Of a stretch of DNA of 64,000 bases, positions 10,846 through 21,166 are shown one piece after another (the first letter of the stretch is position 1; each line of letters begins with the position of its first letter). The notes under the pieces were generated by a model. The model did not search any database. It saw only the letters and a list, made by a program, of their open reading frames with translations, and had not been told where the DNA came from. Both the position numbers and the translations under genes were made by a program. Location: assembly GCA_965199955.1 (NCBI GenBank), contig CBDATQ010000001.1, forward strand, positions 1,696,001 through 1,760,000, read 5' to 3'. The DNA comes from Spirochaetia bacterium. Lineage in GTDB: Bacteria > Spirochaetota > Spirochaetia > SZUA-6 > Bin103.

Positions 10846-12069
10846 CTATCCCCTCCCGCGGGCGGCCAGGTCGAGCATCATCGCCACCGCCCGGTCGGCG
10901 AAGGCGGCGTCGTTGATGTTGGCGTCCAGCTCTTCCACGACGATGTCGTCCCGCAGGCCCGCCTTGACCGCCTGCAGGAACGCCGCGTCGGCCGCGCGGT
11001 CGCAGAACGGCTGCCCGTCGCCGTCCAGGATGGAGACCCCCCGCAGCGGGACCAGAAACGCGACCGGGCCGGCGGCGGCGTTGGCCTTGCGCGCGAACAC
11101 CTCGCCCATCCGCCGGTTCTCCTCGGCATCGGTTCGCATCAGGGTCACCGACGGGTTCCATTCGTAGAAGGTGCGGGCCGCCTGCCGGTAGCGCTCCGGG
11201 ACGGTGTCCATGGCGCCGAAGTTGGCCATGTCCACGCAACCGGGGACGATCAGGTGGGGAACCCCCATCCGCCCCGGCGCGTCCAGCCGCTCGGGGCCGG
11301 CGTCGAACACGCCCCCGCAGACGGTGTCCGCCCACTCGGTGGTGGTGATGTCGAGCACGGCGTCGACCAGCCCGTCGCGCACCAGGCTCTCCATCGTGCG
11401 CCCGCCGGTGCCGGTGGCGTGGAAGACCAGCACCTCGTAGCCCTGCGCGGTGAGCCGCTCCCGGCAGGCATCCACGCACTCGGTGGTGTTGCCGAACATC
11501 GACGCGGCGATCACCGGCCGGTCCGCCGCATCGGCCGGGGGCGACGCCTCCGCCATCGCGCACACCGCGGCGGCGGCCCGCGTCAGCACGATGCGTGAGA
11601 TGCGGTTGATGCCGGCCACGTCGACGATCGACGGGATCATCGTGATCCCGCGGGTGCCGAGGTAGGGGCCGACGTCCCCGGCGGCGGCGGTGGAGACGCA
11701 CATGGTCGGCACGGACAGCGGCAGCGCCCGCATGGCCGCCGTGACCACCGTGGTGCCGCCGGTCCCGCCCATGCCGAGCACGGCGTCGATGCGGCCGCCC
11801 TCGTGGAGCCGGGCGATTACGACCGGAGCGCCGGCGGTCATGACCCGCATCGCCTCGCCGCGGTCGCGCCGCTCGCGCAGCGGCTCCAGCTCCGTGCCGC
11901 CCGCTCGGGCGACCTCGTTCGCCTCCACGTCGACGCCGAACAGGTCGGTGGAGCCCAGCACGCCGGTGTTGACGGTGAGCACGCCGTGACCGCGCTCCCG
12001 GATGCGGTCGCGGACGAAGGCGTACTCCGTTCCCTTGGTGTCGAACGCTCCGATCAGGCAGATCGTCAT
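10846..12069 (-). CDS. UPF0261 / Tm-1-like ATP-binding domain protein
   Basis: [42 protein letters not shown]; start at MTICLIG after an AGGAGG RBS. Confidence 0.88.
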   Translation of the reverse strand: MTICLIGAFDTKGTEYAFVRDRIRERGHGVLTVNTGVLGSTDLFGVDVEANEVARAGGTELEPLRERRDRGEAMRVMTAGAPVVIARLHEGGRIDAVLGMGGTGGTTVVTAAMRALPLSVPTMCVSTAAAGDVGPYLGTRGITMIPSIVDVAGINRISRIVLTRAAAAVCAMAEASPPADAADRPVIAASMFGNTTECVDACRERLTAQGYEVLVFHATGTGGRTMESLVRDGLVDAVLDITTTEWADTVCGGVFDAGPERLDAPGRMGVPHLIVPGCVDMANFGAMDTVPERYRQAARTFYEWNPSVTLMRTDAEENRRMGEVFARKANAAAGPVAFLVPLRGVSILDGDGQPFCDRAADAAFLQAVKAGLRDDIVVEELDANINDAAFADRAVAMMLDLAARGRG

Positions 12070-12289
12070 CGATTTCCTCCTTGTGCCGCCACGATCTCGC
12101 CGCGGCGCCGGACGGCGGCGTCTAGGCGGCGGCGAACGGGTATCCGAGCCAGAAGGGCGGCGGCTCCACCGCCCGCGTACACCAGCACCGCCGGCTTTCG
12201 CAGTCGCCGCCGGTGGTACGCTTCGGCCAGCGTGCGCGCACGGTGCGCGCGGGCGGTGCGGAGATCGCCGTTCATCGTTCGAGCCGCCG

Positions 12290-12500
12290 TCATGGTACAT
12301 CGCCGCCGCGCAGGCCGGTGGCGACAAAGCGTTCCCACGCTTCTCGCGGGGATGACACGACCACCGGCCCGCGGCAACCGACCGGGAAGTGACGCAGGGT
12401 TCCGGTCACCAGCGTCCGCGCAGAAGTCTGCAGCGCGACCTCCAGGAACATCACGTCGTCCTGGTCGGGCGGTGCCGAGCCTGACCAGGGCGAGGCGGTA
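12290..12500 (-). pseudogene. PIN-domain toxin, C-terminal remnant
   Basis: PPDQDDVMFLEVAL...LVTGTLRHFP...SPRE matches the PIN_3-type C-terminal half; N-terminus absent. Confidence 0.6.
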
Positions 12501-12525
12501 CAGTTGTACGACGAATCGCTGAGCG

Positions 12526-14351
12526 TCAAGGGGAGCGGGCGCAGTCCGATCGGCGCACGGAAAGCGCGGTGACGCTCAACGCCGGCAGCTCGCAGTCGAG
12601 CATCGGGCCCGCACCGGCGGCCGGCATCATCAGGGTCCTGACCCGTTCCGGGTCGTCGAAGGAGTTCATCGCGTCGGCGCTGCCGGCGTGCCGGGTGTCG
12701 GCCACCTGCCAGGCGTCCGCCGGGCCGGGATCGGGCGCCACCGCCGACACGTCGATCGTGCAGCGTCGTTCACGGTCGCTGTCGTTGACCACATGGACGA
12801 TCAGGTCTTCGCCGTCTTCCGTCAGTGCGGCGCTCACGTCCGGGGCCGTTGCCGATGTCCGGCACGCGAGCGGCAGCGGCCGCCCAGCGTGGCGTAGAGT
12901 TGCTGCACGTAGTAGATGGGCCGGCAGTACAGGCGGCTTGCGTCGGTCTCGATCGCGCCGCCGCAGAAACTGTCGGCCAGGTTCGACCGGCAGGCGATCT
13001 CCACCAGCGCGGCGTTGCGGTGCAGCAGGTGGTGGAAGCGCGCGCAGGCCAGCGCGTTGCCGAGCGTCATCAGCTCGCCGCGGCGCGGCCCCCAGTCGGG
13101 GTTGGAGGCATTCCACTCCGTGATCGCGACCCTCAGGCCGGAGTCTGGGCGCTGCGGCGCATGGCGGGCGATGAGCGTCTCCAGGCCGCTGAGCTCGGCG
13201 GCGCAGCGCTGCAGGTCGGCGCCGTGGTAGAGGTGCGGGCAGGTGTAGCTGAGGTCCGCACCGGCGCCGGCCAGCACGCCCGCGGTGGGGTTGGAGGAGA
13301 GCAGCCGGATGCCCGGATCGGCGGCGAGCATGGCGCGGCAGAACGCCGGCAGGCCGCGCTCGTACGCCTCACCGCGGACCTCGTTGCCGATCTGCCAGTA
13401 GCGCACGCCGTGCGGCGCCGGCCTGCCCAGCGCGGCGCGCCGGGCGCCCCAGCCGGCGTCCGCGTCCCTGTTGCAGTACTGGACCAGCTCCGCGGCGTCG
13501 GCGGGCCGCCGGTCGCTGAAGCGGACGCACATCAGCGGCTCCGCGTCGATTGCCCGGCACAGGTCCAGGAACTCGTCCACGCCCACGTTACCCGGCTGCG
13601 TGCTGCCGCCGGCGTCGCAAAACGGGGCGCGCCGGTCCGGCGGCACGGTGCCGTCCTTCCACTCGAAGTGCTTGCGGATCGTCGTGCCGCCGAACCGCAG
13701 CATGCCGGGGCGCAGGGCGCGCAGCGCCGCGACGAAGTCGGGGCGCCACCCGTCGACGGTGTCGGTGCCGGTGAGGCTGGCGGCGTCCAGCCACAGCGTG
13801 CCGGGACCGCGGGTGACGATCTCCAGCGAGGCGTCGGAGGCGTCGTCCTCGGCGCAGAGCTCGCACGCAAGCCGCGACCAGTCCGTGCCCACCGCGTCGA
13901 AGCGCCGGGCGGCCAGCACGCGGCCGGCGGCGGCCAGGCGGACGGTCACGCCGGCGGTCAGGCCGCGGCCGCGGGCGGACACGGCGAAGCGATAGCGCGC
14001 GCCGGCGCGGACGGCGATCCCCGGTTGCGCCACTCCCGCCGGCACGGGGTCGTGACCGCGGATGGTGATCCTGGCGCAGCGCGAGCCGGCGTAAGGGGCC
14101 GCGGTGTCCAGGTCGAACGAGCCGCGGTGCACGGCCCCGGTCAGCCGCCACGGACTGGGCTGCCGGTCGGCGCCCGGCAGGAAGTGGGCGGCGCACGGCA
14201 CGATGCCCTCGAAGCCGGGGTCGTCCAGCTTCTCTCCGTACAGCGACGGCACCAGCTCGCACAGGTACTCGAAGAGCTGCCCGTAGTGGAACGGGCCGAT
14301 CCACCCCGGCAGGCGGTCGGCGGTGACCGTGACCCGGCAGTCCGGCGTCAT
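12526..14351 (-). CDS. Alpha-L-arabinofuranosidase-like glycoside hydrolase (GH51), frameshift near 12880
   Basis: GQLFEYL, LRFGG, YWQIGNE, AITEWN; the C-terminal beta-sandwich (IVHVVN...MNSFDDPERV...LPALSV) continues in another frame. Confidence 0.8.
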
Positions 14352-14357
14352 CGGCCG

Positions 14358-16667
14358 CTATGGCGCGAGGGTGAGCTCCACCACCTCATGCAGCACCACC
14401 GCGGGAACGACGACGGTCCCGTCCGTGACCTGCAGCTCGCGTCCGGAGAGCGGGAGCCGCGCGCGGGCGATCCGGCCTTCGTGCAGCGTGATCGTGACGT
14501 CCCGGAACTCGGTCGGCGGATCCAGCGCGCCCCAGGTCTGCACGTCCGGGTGCTGGCGGTCCCACGGGAGCAGCGGCAGCATCCGCTCATACAGGTGGAC
14601 GTCGATGCGCGAGCCGTCGCCGCCGTCACCGGGGGCGCGGGTGCGTGCGGCTGCCAGCAGGCGTGGCGGCGCGTCGATCGTCAGGGACAGATCGGCCCGC
14701 CGGACCACGTCGGCGAACAGCGCGGCGAGCCGCGGCACCGGGTGGCCGCAGAAGGCGGCGCCCACGTCTCCGGAGACGTAGATGGCGAGCCCGCGGCCGT
14801 GCCGATGCGCAGTGATTGCCGGGTGGCCGGAGTCGAGCCGGTCCGTGTCGGATTCGTCGACGGCGGCGCCGAGCGGATGCAGCACCAGCGAGTGGTACAC
14901 CGACAGTGTCGCCAGCGTGTCGACGGCGCCCGGCGTCGACACCTCCGTGTGCTGGCCGTCGAAGCCGATCCAGGCGCCGTGCCGGGTCAGGGGGTCGTGC
15001 AGCACGTAGATGCTGCCGCCGTCGCCGCCGGCGTCGTAGGTGCCGCGATAGCGCAGGCCGAAGGCCTCGCACAGGCCGAAGTCGTCCCTGCGGTCGCCCC
15101 ACTCGTCGGCCAGCGACGTCTGGTAGGTGGCCACCAGCGTGCCCCCGTCCGCCACCCATGCGTTGATCGCCGCGCACTCGGCGTCGGACAGGCACACCGA
15201 GTCGGGCAGCACCAGCGCGCGGTAGCCGGCGAGGCCCTCGGGGGTCAGCCCGTCGTCGAACAGCACGTCGAACGGGATGTGGCTGCGCTCCAGCATCTCG
15301 GCCACGCCCGCCCACTGCTTCCAGTAGCGGTCGGAGCCCTCGCATTCCTGCGCCAGCTCGCGCAGCGCCGGCGCCACGACCGGCCCCTGCGCGAGAGCCG
15401 CGAACTCCGGGTCGGCGTCCAGCGCCTGCCGGAACCGCTCGACCAGGTCACGGCCGACCGGCGGGTGCGCGGCGTAGTGGAAGTCGCGGGTCCGCTGCGA
15501 CAGGTGCAGCGCGCACTGCCGGAGGCTGTCGCCGCCCACGAAGGCGCGGCGGCGGGCGAGCTCCGCGAACACGAAGCGCTGCTGCTCGGGGTGGTGGTAG
15601 TCGACCGGACTCTGGACATGCACGCCGTTGGCCAGCGCGCCCAGCGTCACCCGCGCCATGTAGGTGGGCTCCTGGTAGGGCGCCCAGCCCACCGGGCCGA
15701 TCGGCTGCGGCGCGTGGCCCCAGATCTCGCAGTCGCCGCGGGCGCGGGCCACCTTGGCGGTCAGGTGCGGCCCGAGCAGCGGGTACTCGGTCTCGATGAA
15801 GAACTGCGCCCCGCCCCTGATCGGCGCCAGCTCGTTGGCGGAGGTCCAGGGGATGCGTGGCCGCGGGTAGCTGTTGAACCGCACGGTCTCGATTTCGCGG
15901 ATCGCGCGCACGCTCGAACCGATCCGGTTCTGGTACTCGCGCAGGTTGCGGTAGCGCCAGCGCACCCAGCGCTTGAAGTCCAGGCTGGCGAAGTCGACCC
16001 GTGCAGGCAGCTCGGCGCCGGCCTCCGCGCGGAACCGTTCCGCGCACCAGCGGCAGGTGCAGCCGGCCGGAAACGGAGAGGCGCCGCGCGAGCCGTAGTT
16101 GCAGTCGTCGAACCACACGCCGTCGATGTCGAAGCGGCTGACGTAGTCCTCAAGATAGTCGACCAGGAAGTCCCCGAACGGCGAGTTGTGGCACAGGAAC
16201 GAGGTGTTGGGCCGGATGGCGCGGCCGTCGGGCAGGTCGCGGATGCGCCACTCCGGGTGCAGCATGCCGACGGTTTCCCACAGATTCATGTTGAAGGTGC
16301 AGATCGCCAGGATGCCGTGCGCGTGCGCGCGGCGCAGGAACCGCTCGGCTAGGTCGTCCGGAGCGGTGTCGAAGGTCAGCGCCGACTTGAGGGGATCGGC
16401 GTACCAGGTGTGCAGGCGGTCGGAGGTGTGCCCGCCGATGCCGCCGGGCTGCGTGTACCACACCTCCATGCCCAAGTCGGCAACCCGGTCGACGAAGTCC
16501 TCGATCTCCATGCCGGCGAAGGTGCTCCAGTCGCCGGAGCCCAGGGTGCGCAGGATCACCAGGTGGAACTCCGCCCGGTTGACGCGCAGGTCCAGCGGCA
16601 TGCCCGGCAGGTCCGGGTTGGCCGGCACCGGGGTGTTCACGTGGGGTGCGCGGGGTTGATCAGCCAT
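14358..16667 (-). CDS. Glycoside hydrolase (GHL6/GH42-like TIM barrel plus trimerisation domain)
   Basis: HPEWR, LCHNSP, DIDGVWFD, GCTC.WC..RF, HIPFDV, LVLPD..CLS, GGTLVATY.TS..DE.G. Confidence 0.75.
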   Translation of the reverse strand: MADQPRAPHVNTPVPANPDLPGMPLDLRVNRAEFHLVILRTLGSGDWSTFAGMEIEDFVDRVADLGMEVWYTQPGGIGGHTSDRLHTWYADPLKSALTFDTAPDDLAERFLRRAHAHGILAICTFNMNLWETVGMLHPEWRIRDLPDGRAIRPNTSFLCHNSPFGDFLVDYLEDYVSRFDIDGVWFDDCNYGSRGASPFPAGCTCRWCAERFRAEAGAELPARVDFASLDFKRWVRWRYRNLREYQNRIGSSVRAIREIETVRFNSYPRPRIPWTSANELAPIRGGAQFFIETEYPLLGPHLTAKVARARGDCEIWGHAPQPIGPVGWAPYQEPTYMARVTLGALANGVHVQSPVDYHHPEQQRFVFAELARRRAFVGGDSLRQCALHLSQRTRDFHYAAHPPVGRDLVERFRQALDADPEFAALAQGPVVAPALRELAQECEGSDRYWKQWAGVAEMLERSHIPFDVLFDDGLTPEGLAGYRALVLPDSVCLSDAECAAINAWVADGGTLVATYQTSLADEWGDRRDDFGLCEAFGLRYRGTYDAGGDGGSIYVLHDPLTRHGAWIGFDGQHTEVSTPGAVDTLATLSVYHSLVLHPLGAAVDESDTDRLDSGHPAITAHRHGRGLAIYVSGDVGAAFCGHPVPRLAALFADVVRRADLSLTIDAPPRLLAAARTRAPGDGGDGSRIDVHLYERMLPLLPWDRQHPDVQTWGALDPPTEFRDVTITLHEGRIARARLPLSGRELQVTDGTVVVPAVVLHEVVELTLAP

Positions 16668-16685
16668 CGGCTCCCTCAGGCCACG

Positions 16686-17813
16686 TCATGTAAACCGGTA
16701 TCTGCTCACCGCCTCGTCCAGCACCTCGACCCCCAGGCCCGGGGCGTCACGGACGGCCAGCATACCGTCGTGCTGGACCCAGGGGTCGGCGACCAGCTCG
16801 TGCTGCATCGGCGACTCATGCGGCTTGAAGTCCATGGCCACGCCGCGGTCGGAGATCGCCATGAGGTGCACGCTGGCGGCCGTGTTCAGGGCGCTGCTCC
16901 AAGTGTGCATGCTGTAGTAAAGGTATTCGGCCTCGACCATCCGGATCACCTCCCGGCAGCCGGTGATCCCCTGGCAGCGGCCGGGATCCATCTGCACCAC
17001 GTCGACCCCGCCGGAGCGGATCAGGCGCCCGTAGCTCTCGCTGTCCCACTCGTCCTCGCCGGTGCCGACCGCGGTGCTCACGGCCGCCCGCAGCCGGGCG
17101 TGGCCCGCAAGGTCGGAGGGCAGGAGCGGCTGCTCGACCCACTTCAGCCGGTACGGCTCCAGGTCGTGAAACCGCTGAATGGCGGTCGGGACGTCCCACA
17201 GGGCGCGGGCGCCGGGGGTGTCGACCACCAGCTCCAGCTCGTCGCCGATGATGGTGCGGATGCGCTCCACCAAGGCCAGGTCGGCGGCGCGGTCCTGGCC
17301 GAACACCGCCTCCGGGCGCATGCCCCAGCCGCCCTTGACGATGCGGTAGCCCTGGTCGCGCATCCAGCGGAACTCGTCGTCCGTCCAGGCCGTGTCCTCC
17401 ATGTCGAAGATGATGGAGGCCATGGCCGGCACCTCGTCGTGGAGCCGGCTGGCGAGCAGCCGGCACACCGGCAGGCCCAGGGCCTTGCCCTTGAGGTCCC
17501 AGAGCGCCATGTCGACCGCGCTCAGGCCGAACGCGGCGATGCCCTCCGGTCCGTACCACCAAGTACGGTCCGTCATCGTGCGCCAGTGCGCCTCCACGTC
17601 CAGCGGGTCGGCGCCGACGAGCAGCGGCGCGTAGCCGCGCTCGATGATCGTGGCGGTGGCCAGCGCCGACTCCGGGAACTGCGAGATGCACTCGCCCCAG
17701 CCGGCGGTGCCGTCGTCGGCGGTCACCTTGGCAAGCGTGATGTAGCGCAGGATCCCCTTGTAGTGGGGCTCCGGGTATTGCAGCGGAAAGGCCTCGATCG
17801 ATGCGATTTTCAC
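16686..17813 (-). CDS. Mandelate racemase / muconate lactonizing enzyme family protein
   Basis: G..GWGE, SAVDMALWDLKGK, LVVD, WVEQP, TGED, PGLGVE. Confidence 0.9.
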   Translation of the reverse strand: MKIASIEAFPLQYPEPHYKGILRYITLAKVTADDGTAGWGECISQFPESALATATIIERGYAPLLVGADPLDVEAHWRTMTDRTWWYGPEGIAAFGLSAVDMALWDLKGKALGLPVCRLLASRLHDEVPAMASIIFDMEDTAWTDDEFRWMRDQGYRIVKGGWGMRPEAVFGQDRAADLALVERIRTIIGDELELVVDTPGARALWDVPTAIQRFHDLEPYRLKWVEQPLLPSDLAGHARLRAAVSTAVGTGEDEWDSESYGRLIRSGGVDVVQMDPGRCQGITGCREVIRMVEAEYLYYSMHTWSSALNTAASVHLMAISDRGVAMDFKPHESPMQHELVADPWVQHDGMLAVRDAPGLGVEVLDEAVSRYRFT

Positions 17814-18975
17814 CGGCTTCCTCCTTGGCTGTCGTCATAAAGCGAGGCGATGCTGACCGGCTGGCCGTCGCGCGCGGCGGAGCGGTAGGCAGCGTCGAGC
17901 AGCTCCACCGAGCGCCGGCCCCAAGTGCCGGGCGAGCGGTTGCGGTCGCGGCCCAGGATCACGTCGACCAGGTTGGCCGACGGCAGGTGGGCGGGGTAGG
18001 AGGCGCCGGCGCCGGGGCAGTCGGAGCCGGGCTGGCCGGCGTAGGTGGACGGATCGCAGGCCAGCGCCTCGACCCTGCCTGTTCCAGAGGGGCCGTCGGC
18101 GTGGTAGATCCTCCCCGTGCCGTCGATGTAGTCCAGGTCGATCCACCCCTCGGTGCCGTAGAGCTGCAGGTCCAGCTTGCCTTCCGCGTGGGTGACGCCG
18201 CCGGTCGAGCCGACGGTGGCCAGGCAGCCGTCCTCCATGCGCACGGCGATCGCGTCGGCCACGTCCACGGCGACGTCCAGGTGGTTCATCATCGCCGTCA
18301 CCTGCGCTGCGCGGGAGCCGGTGAGGAAGAACATCAGCGCCGCCGAGTGGTGATCTGCAGGTGGCCTTGGCCGCCCCCGGAGCGCTCCGGGTCCGAGTAC
18401 ACGTCGCCGGGGCCGACCACGGGGTAGGCGGCGGCCATCTCGGGGTCGCCGGCGCGGTCGTCGCCGCGGTACAGGTAGAGCGGCTCCGAGCTGAAGGTGT
18501 TGGACACGTAGTGGATGAGGCCGAGGGTGCCCTCGGCCACCACGTCGCGGGCGCGCAGGCTCATGTCGATGAACTGCCAGGGGTAGCTCATGATGATCTG
18601 GCGGTCGCGGCGCTCGGCCAGCCGGATCAGCTCGCGGGCGTGGGCCGCCCGCAGCACCATCGGCTTCTCCAGCAGCAGGTGCAGGCCGCGCTCCAGCACG
18701 GCGCGCGCCACCTCGTAGTGGGCGGCGTGCCAGACCGCGACCACCACGCCGTCCAGCTCGTGCCGGTCGAGCAGCTCGCGGTAGTCGGTGTAGGTGGTGC
18801 CGATGCCGTAGTGGCCCGCCGCCTTGCTCAGCACCTCGGGCCGCAGGTCGGCGATCCCCACCAAGTCGGCGTCCGGGTTGCCGACCAGCGCCGGCAGATG
18901 GGCAGCGGTCGACCACCAGCCGGTGCCGATCACCCCGATTCGCGCCTTCACAGCCCGTGATGGTACCGTATTCAT
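17810..18975 (-). CDS. Gfo/Idh/MocA oxidoreductase (frameshift near 18348)
   Basis: IGVIGTGWW, LLEKPM; GGGQGHLQIT joins HSAALMFFLTG if one C is added. Confidence 0.82.
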
Positions 18976-19132
18976 GCGCCGTGCTACACCATCGATCACA
19001 ACTTGGACGTTACCGAGCCGCCGCAGGCAGTCTTGCAACAGCGGACGAACCCGGTTATCAATGCGTCCCAGTTTTCTGGGCGGGCCATGAGGACGCTCGA
19101 TCGTTAGCTCCGGTGGCATAGAGGCAACGCAT

Positions 19133-20047
19133 TTGGTGCGTGAGGGAGGTCGAAAGGCACGGGGGCCACTGTACGCGCGCCAGCGTCTCATGTTGGCACT
19201 GCTTGATGCGCTTGGTGGCTCTGTCCATCGGACGGACTTTCAGAAACTGCTGTTCCTCTACTGTCAGGAGACAGACGCGACTCCGCTGTATGATTTTGTG
19301 CCATACCGATTCGGTGCATTCTCATTTACGTCGTATGCGGATCGACGAAAGCTCCAGGAACGCGGCCTGCTCGCCGACGATACCGACTGGCGCCTCACAG
19401 AGAAGGGGCGTTGCATAGCCCGGCCAGAGCGCGATGTTTCGGTCGATGACTTTGTAGCGCGGCACCCCTTGCGTGGCGACGCACTCGTCGCAGAGTCGTA
19501 CCGAAGATTTCCCTACTATGCAACTCGCAGCGAAATTGTAGACCGGGTGCTAGGCAGCGATGATCCGGCGCGTCACCACATTGCTGTGGCTCAGTCATTA
19601 GGTCGGTCCGGTGGACTCTGTACGATCGGTTACCAGGGACGATCGCTGGAGGACTATCTTGACACACTGCTTCGCGAAGGCGTAACGCGGCTTTGCGATG
19701 TCCGTCGAAATCCCGTGAGCCGTAAGTACGGGTTCTCGCTGCGTGCCCTTGCTGCTAGTTGCGACGGTGTAGGTGTCTCCTATGAACACCTCCCGGATCT
19801 AGGCATCCCTGCCACACAACGGCGCGGGCTCGATTCCGAGGACGACTATAGCGCGTTATTCGCGGATTACCGACGTCGATGTCTTCCGTCTCAAACGGCC
19901 GACCTGAATATAATCGCGGATTGGTTAAGGGCGGGTTCGCGCGTCGCTCTCACGTGCTATGAGCGCCTTCCCGAACAGTGCCATCGACACTGCGTGGCGG
20001 ATGCTGTCGGGAAGCTCTTGGGAGAGCTTGTTGTGACCCATCTGTGA
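19133..20047 (+). CDS. DUF488 domain protein with N-terminal extension
   Basis: TIGYQG, LCDVRRNPVSRKYGFS, YEHLPDLG, LTCYE...CHR; N-terminal DFQKLLFL...YDFVPYRFG; visibly lower GC; start uncertain. Confidence 0.85.
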   Translation: MVREGGRKARGPLYARQRLMLALLDALGGSVHRTDFQKLLFLYCQETDATPLYDFVPYRFGAFSFTSYADRRKLQERGLLADDTDWRLTEKGRCIARPERDVSVDDFVARHPLRGDALVAESYRRFPYYATRSEIVDRVLGSDDPARHHIAVAQSLGRSGGLCTIGYQGRSLEDYLDTLLREGVTRLCDVRRNPVSRKYGFSLRALAASCDGVGVSYEHLPDLGIPATQRRGLDSEDDYSALFADYRRRCLPSQTADLNIIADWLRAGSRVALTCYERLPEQCHRHCVADAVGKLLGELVVTHL

Positions 20048-20052
20048 ATGCC

Positions 20053-20118
20053 ATGGCGGACAGCCGCATTCTTGTGACGGTGAAGACTTATCCTGCCCTG
20101 CTGGACCTGTTCGGATAG
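20053..20118 (+). pseudogene. Collapsed remnant of a DUF488 partner gene
   Basis: MADSRILVTVKTYPAL-LDLFG*: resembles, from memory, the N-terminus and C-terminal tail of a roughly 270-aa family found next to such DUF488 genes. Confidence 0.5.
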
Positions 20119-20212
20119 ATCGGGTAAGCGCCTTAGATGGAAGTTCATGCCAGAGAAGCTGGAGACACCAGCGCAGTTTCCGCTCTCCATAGTCAGGGAG
20201 CGCACGGCGCAG

Positions 20213-21166
20213 ATGCCTGACGTGATCAGTCTGGGCGAGGCGTTGTTCGATCTGTTCGCCGGCCCGGCGGGGACCACCTTGGGCGAGGCGCGGACCTTCA
20301 CGCCGGCGCCGGGCGGGGCGCCGGCCAACGTCGCCGTCGGCGTGGCGCGGCTCGGGATCGACACCGGCTTCGTGGGCCGGGTGGGCGACGATTCGTTCGG
20401 CGACCGGCTGGTGGACCTGCTGCGCGAGGAGGGGGTCGACACCACCCACTGCCTGCCGGTCGTGGGCGGCCAGACGACGATCGCCCTGGTGGCGGCCTCC
20501 AGCCCGGTGGATCAGGACTTCGTACTGTTCCGCGGAGCGGACATGCTGCTACGCCCGGAGCACCTGGACCGCGCCTATCTGGCCGGCGCGCGGGTGTTCA
20601 CCTACGGGTCGGTGACGCTGAGCGCCGGCGCGCGGGCCGCGGCCCTGCAGGCCGCGCGCTGGGCGCGGGAGGACGGCGTGCTGGTGGCATTCGACGCCAA
20701 CTACCGGCCGGGCGTGTGGCCGGGAGAAGCGGCCGCCCGCAGCGCCATCGTGGAGGCGTTGCAGGGCGCGGACATCGCCAAGCTCAACGAGGTGGAGTTG
20801 AAGCTGCTGGCCGGGACCGACGATCCGCGAGTTGGTTGCCGGCGCATCCTCGACCTGGGAGTGCGGCTGTGCCTGATGACGCTGGGTGCCGACGGCGCCT
20901 GGTTCGACGACGGCCGCGTGTCGGGCAGCGTTTCCGGCTTCGACGCCGAAGTGGTCGATACCACGGGGTGCGGCGACGCGTTCCTGGCGGCGTTCCTTGC
21001 CGGCTTGGTGGCCGAGCCGCACACGCTCGACGAGCTTGACCGAAGAGCGCTCCTCCGGCTGGTGGAGGCAGCCAACGCGGCGGGCGCGCTCAACGCCGGG
21101 CGCCGCGGCGCGATCCCGGGCCTCCCCACCCGCGCCGAGATCGACGCGTTGCTGGCCGGCAACTAG
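20213..21166 (+). CDS. PfkB-family carbohydrate kinase
   Basis: PGGAPANVA, GRVGDDSFG, FDANYR, DTTGCGDAF. Confidence 0.92.
   Translation: MPDVISLGEALFDLFAGPAGTTLGEARTFTPAPGGAPANVAVGVARLGIDTGFVGRVGDDSFGDRLVDLLREEGVDTTHCLPVVGGQTTIALVAASSPVDQDFVLFRGADMLLRPEHLDRAYLAGARVFTYGSVTLSAGARAAALQAARWAREDGVLVAFDANYRPGVWPGEAAARSAIVEALQGADIAKLNEVELKLLAGTDDPRVGCRRILDLGVRLCLMTLGADGAWFDDGRVSGSVSGFDAEVVDTTGCGDAFLAAFLAGLVAEPHTLDELDRRALLRLVEAANAAGALNAGRRGAIPGLPTRAEIDALLAGN

Noticed and set aside
12120..12275. Possible collapsed gene (MNGDLR...PPFWLGYPFAAA*)
   Set aside because: Looks coding but no family could be recognised; too short to support.
12825..16352. 1175-aa + strand ORF and many other long alternative ORFs
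   Set aside because: Antisense shadows of real genes in high-GC DNA; low-complexity R/A/G/P translation with no family motifs.
18976..19110. YTIDH-like peptide as a possible second DUF488 remnant
   Set aside because: Only a few residues resemble the TIGH motif; nothing else supports it.
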